Assembly (NCBI GenBank): GCA_973895155.1
Contig: OZ316895.1
Span: forward strand, 10,962,184-11,026,183
Direction of reading: 5' to 3'
DNA length: 64,000 nt
Origin: Marsupella aquatica
Taxonomy: Eukaryota; Plantae; Marchantiophyta
Both the position numbers and the translations under genes were made by a program. Below the pieces are notes generated by a model, which worked only from the letters and a program-made list of their open reading frames with translations, was not told the origin of the DNA and ran no database searches. Below, piece by piece: positions 1 through 11,686 of the stretch. Position 1 is the first letter of the stretch. Each line of letters begins with the position of its first letter.

Positions 1-963
1 TCCTCTCGTCAGCTGGTCTCCACCATTGCAGTTGCTCTTCACGCAAACCAAGATAGCAGTCTCTAGAATCCTCGAACCTATTTTATTTCAATGCATCATT
101 CATAGTGTTTGAGGAATCCAGAGGTTCGCGTGAGGAGCAACTGAAAGGGTGGAGACCTGCTGACGAGAGGGTGTCCAAGCTCGAATTGGAATTCGGACAG
201 GAGAGGATATAAATGGGTGAACTTTGACTTGAAATTGGTGACTGTATTTTGCGTCTGCATATCAATTTGGTGACCGATCTTGCGGAATCCCCGTGACCGT
301 GTCTGATCATCATCATGACATTGCTCTCCTTGGCCACCAATGGGCCCTCATTACAACTTCAAGTTGAACGGGGTTTATATGATTATGAGAAGGTTACTGA
401 TTATGTAGGCGATGTGTTCATTTCACAACTTCTCTCATAGTCATATAAACTCTGCCCAACTTCAAGTAGTGCAGCTGCTACGGTCAACGACATTCACCCA
501 CCCCAAAAATGGGCGCTCATTACAACTTCAAGTTCAACTAAGTTTATTTTATTACGAGAAGGTTTATTCAAGCAATGACATTCTCAGGTCCAATAATGAG
601 GTCCTCTCGACCTCATTATTATTGAATATGACGGTGCTCTATTGCTGGACTAAATCTTCGCATAGTGAAATGAACTAACCAATTAATGGAGGGGGCTAGT
701 ATGGACTACGGCTGCTATGGCCAACAACAAGGTACTTTGAAATAGTCAGTGTTGGAGATTTGGAAAACATGTTGCGTTGGTGTGTCTCTATGGCATTCTC
801 AAATGCAAATACAAATAAATTATTCAATCATTGTACAATAATAAACACACTGCAAGACAATACAATCATGTTACAAAAAATATAATTGTTTATAATTTTT
901 TCTATGTCAGATACGACAATATAAGAGTAGCAACACTTGATATTATCCTAATGAAAAGATGCT

Positions 964-3861
964 TCAAGGCTGTGAAGAGAAATTTTGTGCATTGTTGTTA
1001 AGATTTTTGCACAAAAGCGCATTCCACTCGTCTTGTTTGTCGCCCCAACTGAGTGGATCACGATTGTGTGACTGAACATTGTGCGATGTTTCTTGAAATG
1101 ATGATATTCCTCGAAACCCACCAAGGCCAATAGGCCTGTTCGACGTATATGGATTCATGACACTTGGCCCTGCATACGCATTCAAGGGTGGACCTGCATG
1201 GTGTTGCCAGTTTGCATGTGGGTCGTTTGAAGTTTGACCTTCATGATTGTTGTATCCATGAAAAAAGGTTGATGTCCTTCCATTCGTCGGATGCCCTGCT
1301 GTGCTTGTGCGTTGCTCGTTGAAATATGGTCTGCTTGTGTCAACATCATTCGCAAAGTTCGACCAAGGTGACCTTGGTTGGGAAGGCATCACAAAGTTTC
1401 TGTCCAGTGATGCATCTTCCTCGTCTTGGATTTGCGATTCATCAATTGTAGGATACATCTCCAAATCCATTTCATTCTCCCATTCCTCTGCAGTAGTGAT
1501 GTCTGTATCTGGTGGAATACGAGTCAAGAACTCACTATCCTTATCTAGTGAAAATCCGTGTAGCAATTCATCAGCATCATCAATTGTATCATAATCTTCG
1601 ACATCTTCTTCACCACGTGTTGCATCGTACTCTTCATTGCTGCACAACTCCATGGAGATAGGTCTAGGTCCATCATTTGTTCTTCTTCTTTGGTCATAAC
1701 GTTCATATATAAACGTATGCGGGTTTCGAACATTTGTGAGCCCTTTCTCTACCCTCATGTTTGTAAATACAAACACCAAATCTTTTGCTCGATCATTTGT
1801 CAATCGATTGCGACTTTTGGAATGTATAAATCCATACGAACTCCAGTTTCGCTCGCAAGCTGATGCGCACACTTTTTGGTGTAAGATTCTTCGCGCCAGG
1901 ATTCTCAAATGTTTATAATCTGCACCATACGCATGTCACCACTCTGCTGGACTGACATTACCTATACTTGATTGGGCGGCTCCCATCGCTATTGATGTGT
2001 TGGGATTTTTTTTTTTGGTGTCAATGGCTTGACTGTGGATGGCAGAAATAAGTTCTCTAACGTCGCGATCATGGTTGATCCCCTCCTTCACCTGTTGTTC
2101 TGAATATCTAGCAATGTATTCACTGAAACCCCTGTAGAGTTATGGATCTCCAGCGACATCTATGTCCTTATCAAAAAACATTTGGGGATTGAGATATGCT
2201 GCCGCTAGCATGAAATCAGTGGTAAGAGATTTTTTTCGATCCAAATACACTTTTAGTATCTTCGGTTTCAATACCTTTGTTACCAATGGACAATCCTCCA
2301 TGCTTGCTTTCAAAACATCAATCCCTCTTTTCAAACTCCAATACAACCAACCTGATTGCGGAGAATCACCATCAAATTCTCGCAACATCTTGACCAACGG
2401 AGTAAAGAATTTAACTGTATCCTTCACTTCAACCCAAAATGTATCTTGCTGTATCCACATTTTAAGTTCGTCTGCCTTTCCCCTCGTCATGTGTCCAGCT
2501 GATTTTGGTCGCAATGGAAGTCTATCACGATAAGACTGCCAATTATCATCAATGACCATCTGTTGTAAAGCTCCTCTTAGCTCCAACGCTCTTTGTGCCA
2601 TTAGGAAATTGGTCGCAAATCTAGTTGCATTTGGATTCAACAGTTTTTTGTCAGGAGATTTTCTTGCAAATATTGCAGAAAGCTTTTGCGATGATGAAAC
2701 TGCTTTTACTATCCACCTCAACCGTTTAAAAATCTTTTGGAATGGATTATGTCCAACATCATCTAGCACTACACGCTTGTGACCACACATATCCTCTAGC
2801 AGCAAATTAAACACGTGGGCAGCACACCAGCTCCAAGTGACATGAGGATACTTTTTCATGACTACCTCACAACCTGCTACGCGATTTGCGGGTGCTCCAT
2901 CAGTTACAATTTGAATAATATGATCTGCACCAATATCCTCAATGTATTTCAACCACATGTCGCCAAGATATTTCCCATCTTTCTTGTCAGCTTGCGCAGC
3001 ATTCCAACTATCCAAGAAGAAGTCACCTTTAGAAGTCAACAACATGACATTCATCAAAGGTTCGCTTCAGACGTTTTCCCATCCATCTGAAGAAAGAGAA
3101 TACCCATAAGGTTTTGCCTCCTTTAAAGTTTGCGTCATGTCCTTTGTGAGATCCTCCTTACTGTCTTCCAATAATTTCAATCGCAAACTTCGCATCGTAG
3201 GTAGAGAATAACCATTGACAATCCCTTTTGAAGTCTCTATGACTGCTTCTCGAAAAAAAGGATTATTTGAAACATTGAATGGAATACCACTGGTGTAGAA
3301 AGCTTTCGCCCAAAGCTTATCCAAATTTGTTCTATTTGGAATTTGATAGGCATCCATAATTGGGTTAGGAAGATTTACTGGCCTATCTCCTTCCCTTACA
3401 TGTGTATCATCCATGTCAACATAGTTTGACCCTCGTGTGGATGCTTGCGAATATGAACTTCCAACGCTTGGCCTACGACCTCTCACATCCCGCAAGATAT
3501 GACCTCCATCTCGTCGTTTGTACTTTAAGGTCGGTGGAACCTTTATCACATTGTACATAATGTTGATGGCATCCAAATCGACGACACCATAGAGTTGCAT
3601 GCAAGGGGGCGCATCCCCTTTTTGGATGTTTCCCATCAAATGCGCCTTTGCTCGTGTTGCATGATGAGTAACGTATGTTAAACAATACTTGCATCTTCGA
3701 TAGATACGATTGACATCATGACATGTTGAAGGCGCATCACATCGTTCAAAATATCTCCACACTGGAGATTGTTTTGAAGGGTGTTCTTGCACACGAGTTG
3801 GACCAGGCCTGGGAGTAGTGGAATGATATCCAGTTTCATGCGAATCCTCTTCATCGGACAT
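964..3861 (-). pseudogene. hAT-superfamily transposase (BED zinc finger, DUF659-type region, hAT C-terminal dimerisation domain), intronless, about 965 codons, three in-frame stops
   Basis: ORFs 3067..3936, 2140..3057 and 964..1908 share one frame. Motifs: SPVWRYF...CKYC...HATRAKAH (BED), SDGW, QIVTDGA, WCAAH, TRFATNF, AAYLNP, EW*xxYG, SACERNWSSYGFIHSKSRNRL. Stops at 3067-3069 (TGA), 2140-2142 (TAA) and 1936-1938 (TGA). Likely start is ATG at 3861 (MSDEED). Confidence 0.92.
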
Positions 3862-3950
3862 TGTTACGACTCTCAATGGTAAAAAAATAAAAGGGTTGAT
3901 TCTTTTGATTTTGTGAATATAACAAATATAGTACAATGGGTTACTTTCCT

Positions 3951-4280
3951 GAATTATCGCAGACTGGGCCTAAGCTCAAAGCATGCGCAGGAAAGTTTCC
4001 CAAATTCTTATATTTGTCAACATCCCTACTTCAACCTATGTTATGTAATATCTATAACTTCACAATAGTTTATCTTTGAAGTGAACATATGTACGAGAAA
4101 TCGTGATACCCATATGAAATGTCATAGACCGAGCCAAAGCTCTAAGCATATGCACATGGGTATCTCTTTACTCGCAAGTAGTTCACTTTCAAACAAAACA
4201 ATGATGCAAAGTTGTTAAGGCGATATAAGGAACTTCTCGTACGAATTATCGTAGACCGAGCCGAGCTCAAAGCATGCGCG
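3951..4280. repeat. Three dispersed copies of a ~39-bp motif upstream of the transposase
   Basis: gaattatcgcagactgggcctaagctcaaagcatgcgca (3951), gaaatgtcatagaccgagccaaagctctaagcatatgca (4116), gaattatcgtagaccgagccgagctcaaagcatgcgcg (4243). A similar two-copy motif, aatggg.cctcattacaacttcaagtt, lies downstream at ~339 and ~508. Confidence 0.7.
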
Positions 4281-4435
4281 TACAAGAGTTCCAATGTATC
4301 CCTCCGATCTCTCCCTAATGCTAAACCACAAGAGAGAGAAACACAATGAGACTTTGGATTAGTGAAATGAATTAGTTATTCCTACTTATACTAAATCATC
4401 TACTTCTTATCCTCTCTTAAAACTCTTAATCTTTG

Positions 4436-4970
4436 ATCCTAACCCTAATTGCGCCTCCCTTAACCCTAATCTCGCACCCCTAACCCTAATCCTGCCTCTA
4501 ACTCTTCCCCGGCCACCAATTCCCGAGCCCCGTCCCCGAACCCCGCACCCTGTTCCCCGAACCCCGCACCCCGTTCCCCGAACCCCGTTCCCCGCATCCC
4601 CGAACCCCCTACCCGAACCCCCTTCCCCGAACCCCCTACCTCGTTCCCCGAACCCCGTTCCCCAAACCCCGTTCCCCAAACCCCGTTCCCCAAATCCCCG
4701 AATCCCGGCCCCCCTTTCCCGCCCCCCTTCCCCGGTTCCCCGAATCCTCTTCCCCGAATGCCCCCCGTCCCCGGTTCCCTGAATCCCGTCCCCCGGGCCA
4801 CCTTTACCCCGGCCGGCCCCGGAAGGGTCCGGGCAGGGTTCGGGTGGGGGTCCAGGGAGGGTCCGGGAAGGGCCCGGGAGTCCGGGTTCGGGTCAGGGGG
4901 AGTTCTGGTTCAGGTCCGGGGTGCTCGGGAGGTGTTCGCGAAAGGTCCGGGGAAGTCGGGGTTCGTTTGG
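4436..4970. repeat. GC-rich short-repeat array (CCCCGAA/CCCCGTT then inverted CGGGTTCGGG), probable subterminal region of the hAT element
   Basis: CCCTAA-like units at 4436-4490 grade into ~7-bp ccccgaa/ccccgtt units (4525-4790), followed by complementary G-rich units (4825-4965). Confidence 0.75.
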
Positions 4971-6923
4971 GAGAATCTTCAGGAATATACGTCAAATTGC
5001 GTGTTTTCGGGCCGTCATTTGACGATTTGACGTGCTCGACAAGGCGTCAAGGTGCCCGTCAGATTAAACCGGGTTAGGGTGGCTGGCATTGCACGATCGA
5101 CTTGTGTGTGTCATGTGTTTTGCTTGACTCTCAGATTCTTTGTAATAATTCTCATGAAAAGTACTCCATGACGCCAAAGTGTTCACGAGTTTAAACTCCA
5201 CTCAATGACTGAACGGTAACTATCATAATAGCTTTTCAGCCGCCTGCTTTCGTCACAACTTGTTCCCTTGCTAGATTGTTCCCTTGCTAGATTTGTTCCC
5301 TTGCGGATAATTGGACACAATCTGGTCCCCGGTGCTATAAGACAAAACAAAGCCAGACCCTTGGTAGTTGCAGACTACCCGGCACTAGCCTGATTCCCGT
5401 TCCGTCAATGTAAATAGAGATTGAGGATAAAAAACAAAGAAAAAATAACAATTATATGTTATTTTCCCTATATCTGCTCCCATCTTTGTTTTTTTGTTCT
5501 CCATCACTTTCAGTTTTTTGTTTTTATTGAGAGTTCCTGCCTAGAAACTCCAGTCTAGACCGTAGCCCTAGCCCTCAAAAGTAGTTTTGCATCACTCTTT
5601 ATTAATAAAGAATACACTTGATCATATTGCAAGAGTGACTCGTGTTGTGCAGGACGCTCAGCTTTTTGGCCATCATTCTTGTGAAAAAGAAGCCTCACGA
5701 TGCCAATGTTAGACTCTGAAAGGTTGTGGGATGGCTTTTTAAGAAATCAGTTTAAGGAGTAACGCTTGCATAAACCTAGGCCTTTGATGTGAAGCTCCAT
5801 TGGATTTTCCAAAGATTGGATGGATTGGCACAAGAAAATCTAAAATACTTTGGTAACAAATTGTATGGTTTCGAGATGAATTTGAATTCTAAGGAGGCTC
5901 CTGACCGCTTGCAGTCAACTTTATTCAGTTTGCGTGGTGGTAAGTTGCGAGAGATTTGCTTGGTGGGACCCCAAATGAAAATGTTTTACTTAATTGGACC
6001 CTTGAAAGTTTAGGTCCGTCTATTCAAGGTAAATCAACGGTGTGGATCACTCAGGGGTCCTATCAAGTAAAACATTTTCATTTGGGGTCCCACCAAGCAA
6101 ATCCCTCGGTAAGTTGCTCATCATGCCCAAACTACTTGGGGTGTCCTTTCCTAAATAAGAGTCCTTCACAAAAGTGAAACATCCAATGGCAATTAGTTTA
6201 TAACATTTGACTGGTTTTTGCGCTCATTGTGATGGGTCAAATGATTTTAGAAAAATCTCAAATTTTGTGAGGTAATAGATTGGACATAGGAGAACATGCA
6301 GGCAGCATTTGAGTTAAAAAAAAGATCCAAAAGTTGTCTAAATTAATGCACAATTATGTCAAAACCACCAGTTTAGAGTTGGTCATGATGCCAAGGAATA
6401 TATCTGGACACATTTGAGGCGTCCACACCAAAAGTGAGTTTTCGTTCCAAATGGAGTTGATCTTTTGTTTCCTTGGTGTAAACTGACTGATGACTTTACA
6501 CATTCCATGGGGCTGGGCAGAACAAATCCTTTGGGCCTTGGCATTTTCTACTTTCAGAGGATTCTTAAGGAGGAGTATGGTTTCCACTTTGGTCCTCCTT
6601 ATGGGTAGAGAATTCCTATTCCCTTTAAAGTTCACAGATGATGATCTGTTAAGTTGGGCACTAAGTCAATTGTGTATTCCATTTGTTCTGAGGGGACAAT
6701 CGGTTCTGGAGTTCTGAGAATGTTCTTTCCAGTTTGGGCACTGGTGGCAACTGTAGTTCTGATCTTGCATTCATTTGGAATGGTTTCCCCTTCGGCACCA
6801 TGGTTGGATATTGGGCTATATTCTGCCATTGAAGGGCCGTTTCACTTTACCACCTTCGCAACCTCACAGAGAAGAGCAATCAAAGCAGGACTGACCCATC
6901 TACTCAATGCCATGAACAGTTAG

Positions 6924-7311
6924 TGTTGGGCAATAAGCAAGTGTTTCAGACAAGTCACCAAGTGACTTACGATCAAAATGAATAGCATAACCAAGAGCAT
7001 AATGTCTCACTTTCATCCAACACAAAGTACACGAGTACACTGACACAAAGATCCGTGTGTCACCTTGCATGGGCTACGTCCACGACCATACCAAGAGCTC
7101 CACTATGAGCACAAAAAGTACATATCACCATAGCTTCATGGTCCAAACTTTTTCCCTTTCACACCAAGTTCTCAACTAAGTGTTCTTTCTTCATGGGATA
7201 CAGAGCGGGATACTGAGAGGGTTATCCCTTCATGAAGAGTCTAGTTAACTAATATTAACTTTGGTTAACTTACTCTAGGTAACCTAACCAAGGTTGAGTC
7301 AAACCCTAACA
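6924..7311 (-). mobile_element. Degenerate solo LTR (copia-like), reverse orientation
   Basis: Bounded by TGTTGGG...CCCTAACA. The minus strand carries agctcttg...gtggacgtagcc...aggtgacacacggatct..tgtgtc, matching the core of the LTRs at 42352 and 47089. Flanks gttag/gtgac give only an imperfect TSD. Confidence 0.6.
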
Positions 7312-8792
7312 GTGACATTTTTCATCAATCTAACCTTCAAGCACAGGGCGGTCTAGTATGCAAGAGTACCAAAGTCCACATATCCTACTAGTAGGAGTTA
7401 CAAGCCAATTGTGGTTACAGTTATTTGTCCCCGTGTCCTATCATCAGTCTACATAATAGGCAAAGCATACCCGAATCCAGCACGAGTTAGAGTTAGCCTA
7501 GGTTGCATGAAATGCTCTCTTTCAGCCACAATCATTTATCTGGCCCTTTAGTAATATTGTGTGTCTACTCCTAGAAGGTGTTGCAGCACCAACACAGGTC
7601 AAATGATCCAAGGCTTCAGCCATCTCCAAGTGGGGTTAAAGCATTGTCTTTGACCCAGGTCAAAGGTCTGTCCAATCCTAGACAGCCATAAACTCAGGAC
7701 TCAGCAATGCACTTAGTGTAAAACTCAGGACTCACTTAGTGTAAAACTCACTAAGATAAGTGAGAACAAAATAATGAAATTTGAAAAGTAAATTTGAAAA
7801 TAAAGTAAAATTTTAAATACCTTGCTGAACATTACAAATAATGTTTTTGCCAAAATTTTCAAATGCCTTTAGTACAAGTTTTTAGTTTAATTAGTAGCCC
7901 GGCAAGATGAAAAATAGTGTTCATTTCTTTGCACCACATCTAATAATCTGACAAGTGATTACCAAGAGTGTTGGATATATCAAAAACAATCTAAGCGTTT
8001 GTAACTTACCTGGTCTCCAGAGAGAAGGCAATTGACCAACCAGCGTGAAATTGGGTTCAATCAATGTTTCACAAAGTTCACTGCATTGACTAGAGAAAAT
8101 TCCTGATCTAATTTAAGAACTGGTTCATGGACCCCATCCTCCCCATCTTTCTATGGCGGTTCTTAAATTCAATGAGAAAGACAAGTCCCTAAAAATATTT
8201 TACATGGTGTATCAAAGGTTATGTGCCATGTTGCATGAGTCTAATTGACCATATTGAAAGATTTTGTCAAATACTGCACTCCTCTATCTACCCACTATTA
8301 ACCATAATTTGAGGGTGTGTTAAGATTAATAGAAGGTCCAAATGAAGCCAATTTGTTTTCCAGAATTCTTAGAAATAGAAATGTCCATGCTCTCCAACCA
8401 TAATAAGTTGCTATTAATTACTATTGATCATAGTGGATGCTTCATTGTGTATGGTCCCGCTTAAAGCTAATATATGAAAAATTCAGTAAATTTTGTGTGT
8501 GTTAAAATCCGGTTGAAAATGAATTAATGCTTGGATGGATCAGGTTAGTGTCAATAGGAAATCGGGATGGATGGATGTAGACCATGTTTAGTGCCATTTT
8601 TTGCATAGAACACTAGTACTGAGTTTGGGAAAAACAATCTTTGTGATCCGCAGGTTATGCTGGGCCATCTGGGCATTTAGTCCGGACCAACATTTAGGTC
8701 TATGGGGTTTTAGTTTCTTTATTTCTCCTTATCTCCATTTGAAACTAGGGTGATTTTTGAATGTGTACCTCATTAATGTTTAGGGTATTTTT

Positions 8793-9139
8793 TGTTAGAT
8801 ATTGCTCTAATCTTGTGACTCATGAGCTAACCACAGTTAGGCTAACTCGGGTTAGGACTTAGCTAATGTTAGCGGTAATGCTGTTGTGATTATAGCCAGG
8901 GCTAATGCCAGACCCTGGTGGAACTTAGGCTCATTGTTACGGAGCTAGTTGAGAGATAGGGAGACCTTGCGCTGTGGATGCTTGGTATGGCCGGTCGGTC
9001 TAGAGTGCAGTAAAGCTCTTGTGTGTTCACGTGGACGTAGCCTCATGTGGAGGTGAACCACGTATCTCTCTGTGTCGACTCTTGTACGTTGGATGTTTCA
9101 TCCATGGCTTGCAGTTGCGAATGTCGTCTATGCTCAACA
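8793..9139 (+). mobile_element. Solo LTR related to the copia element at 42352-47491
   Basis: TGTTAG...CTCAACA ends with a TTTTT TSD on both sides (8788-8792, 9140-9144). The last ~130 bp closely match the copia LTR 3' end (gtaaagctc...gtggacgtagcctca...gtcgtctatgctcaaca). Confidence 0.85.
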
Positions 9140-11686
9140 TTTTTGTATACGTACTTAATATGGATATTGTACTGCCATCAAGAATAGCATACTGTGAGCT
9201 AAAATTTAAAGAAAACTGTGATGACCCTAAGTGCACTAGCCTTTTCTCCTTTGGTATGTTACTCATCCTAAATTCATTTATTGAGCTTTTATGTCATTTG
9301 GGTTGTGCACATTTGAGTGAAACACCCAAATAGCACTCCTCCCAACTCACTCAAACTTCCCTTCTCGAATGTCTTAGGTAGCTTGAAATGTGACAAGGAA
9401 GCAAGAGGAGGATAATGAAGTTTTGTGCACTTTCTCAATGCTTGAGAACAGAATGCTAGGTAGACTTAATATTGAAGCATATATTTTGGAGATTATGTCA
9501 CTTTACTCAAGTGCCCTATAATAGTTGCACCCGAGCTGCTAAGGTTTTTGTAGCTGTTTTTTATAACAATAATGAAGTATCTGAATTGATATGCACTAGC
9601 ATTAAATTTAGGTGGGAATTAGTTATCTTGGACATCTCTTTGCACAAAACTTAGAATATTTATTTTTATTTGAATCTAGGGTTGGAGTGTTCTTACATTT
9701 CATTCAAAACTGTAATAGTGCTAACCAGTTTGTTTTTTGACGTTCAGAGGCAGGCATCCCATTTTTTGACGTTCAGAGGCAGCCATCCCAGCTTTGGAAA
9801 TCCATGAGAGCTTCACAGTAAAACCCCTGTGTCCATCCAGGCTTAACATCCTTGTTTACTAAAATGAAAATTAATATTACACTATGCTGTCCCATTGAAA
9901 ATTTTCACTCACTATAACTTGTATCAATATATCTTTTTCTCCTTCATCTTACATTGAAAGTGAAGCGCGGATGGACCACCATGTTGGACACAATGCTCAC
10001 GTAGACCACATTTTGGTGGGTCCATGGGAGCTTTGGGCTGATAACTTAATTGATTATAAGTCATAAACATTTTTCAGTTTTTCACCTCTGTCAAGTCTGT
10101 GCTCGTTTACTGATAAGTCTGTCAGTTGTTAATTTGCAACTCAGTAGATCAGCTTATCACGAATAATGAGAGAAAAATGTGTTTTGAAACCCAACTTTCC
10201 GAAGAAGATTGAAGACTTTCTGTTGTTGTTGGGAAAGGACCAAATCTAGCACTATAAGTGGGATCGAAAGTTACTTCTCAGGGTGGTCTATTCTCTCTAG
10301 ATTGCTGGGAGCCTAACTGGAGTTCGGGTGCAAGAGAAGAACGGAGATTGGGGGCAAGGTGAGTTTCTGAACATGGTGCAGCAACTTGAATGTTCTCACT
10401 TCTGTTTCTGATCATAAAAGGGGCAGTCAGGCTGGCTACTAAAATTTTCAAAACAAGTACAATGTAGTAAACAGTGGTACATGGACAACAAACACCAAAC
10501 CCGTACCAAGAGAGTTCGCGTTGGACCTCTTTTCTTTGTTCTATTGTACTCTGCTGGGCACTATCTGTAAAAAATTGCCTGCTTAAAAAAAACAAAGAGA
10601 AAAACGATAGAAAAATGATTCAGTTCACCCAAAACTGCCGAAAAGACATTGGAGTAGAAGCATAAGACTTCCAGAGAAGACTTCCAGAGAAATTTACCGA
10701 AAAGTACCGAACAAAGTACAATGGATGAAAAGCAAAAGATCTCGAATGCAGATCCCAAAATACCAGAAAGAGAAAATGGATAAACATCAATCACTGCACG
10801 AGGTCTCCTGCTCCTAGAGTACAAAAAACATTGTAGGGCTCAGTTCCCTCTAGTGAATGGTCCAGTGAGAGGAAGCAAGCGAGCTTGAGCACTGTATGGA
10901 CTTGACAGGTTGGTGACGTCAATATTTTATGGTCGTCCATCTCCACTCATAAGTGTGTCGGTCCTGCATGACAATAGCAAATTTGGATGCGTCAGCCGTC
11001 CAATCCTACTCTCTCTCTAGTTGGGAAGCAAGGCTTAGCGCTGCGGAAGAGCTTGAGCCTATTGCTTGCCATGCAGATAGATGCCTCAATGACGCCCTAG
11101 TTCTTGTAAAGGCAACTGGATAGTTTCAACTCATTGTAGTTATGTCCATATTTAACCTCAGAGACTGAGTAAAACAAACACAATGGCCCCCAAGGTCTTG
11201 TAAAGCCACTCTAACCCAGCCCCCCCCCCCCCCCCCCACGTAGCATAATGCTGCTTTGTGAATGCCCCAGTCCACAGGAATTCCCTTGCCTGGATGTTCC
11301 TCTGCGTCACCGGCTATTGGGTACCTACCATTCTGTTACACAGAGGTGATCTGGTTTATGACAAGTAGGATCACCAAATGATAACCAATGTTCCCCTGTT
11401 GCACATCGACACTGGCGAGGGACAAACAAGCTTTTCTCTCTCCATGCAACATTCACCCTTTGGGTTGGCCTGTATGTAAGCAACTTGGACTTTAATAGGA
11501 TAAGTAAAAAAGTACTCAAGTCGAGCCCAAAAGAAAAGAGATTTTGAGAGTTACTCATTTATAAGTTTCCAATGTATAAAGAAACTTAATCAGTTCCGTG
11601 TGGCATTTACCTCACTTGTATAAAGAAACTTAATCAGTTCCGTGCGGTATTTACCTGCCACACTGGCCTATATTTTAAGTGTCTAA

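Noticed and set aside
4436-4490. Telomere or interstitial telomeric array
   Set aside because: Only a few degenerate CCCTAA(A) units, as often found in transposons and promoters.
4407-5077. Gly/Pro/Arg-rich ORFs on both strands
   Set aside because: Artefacts of the GC-rich repeat array, which lacks stop codons in several frames.
10278-10824. ORFs within the duplicated intergenic block
   Set aside because: The paralogous region (29580-30170) has frame-breaking indels, so coding potential is not conserved.
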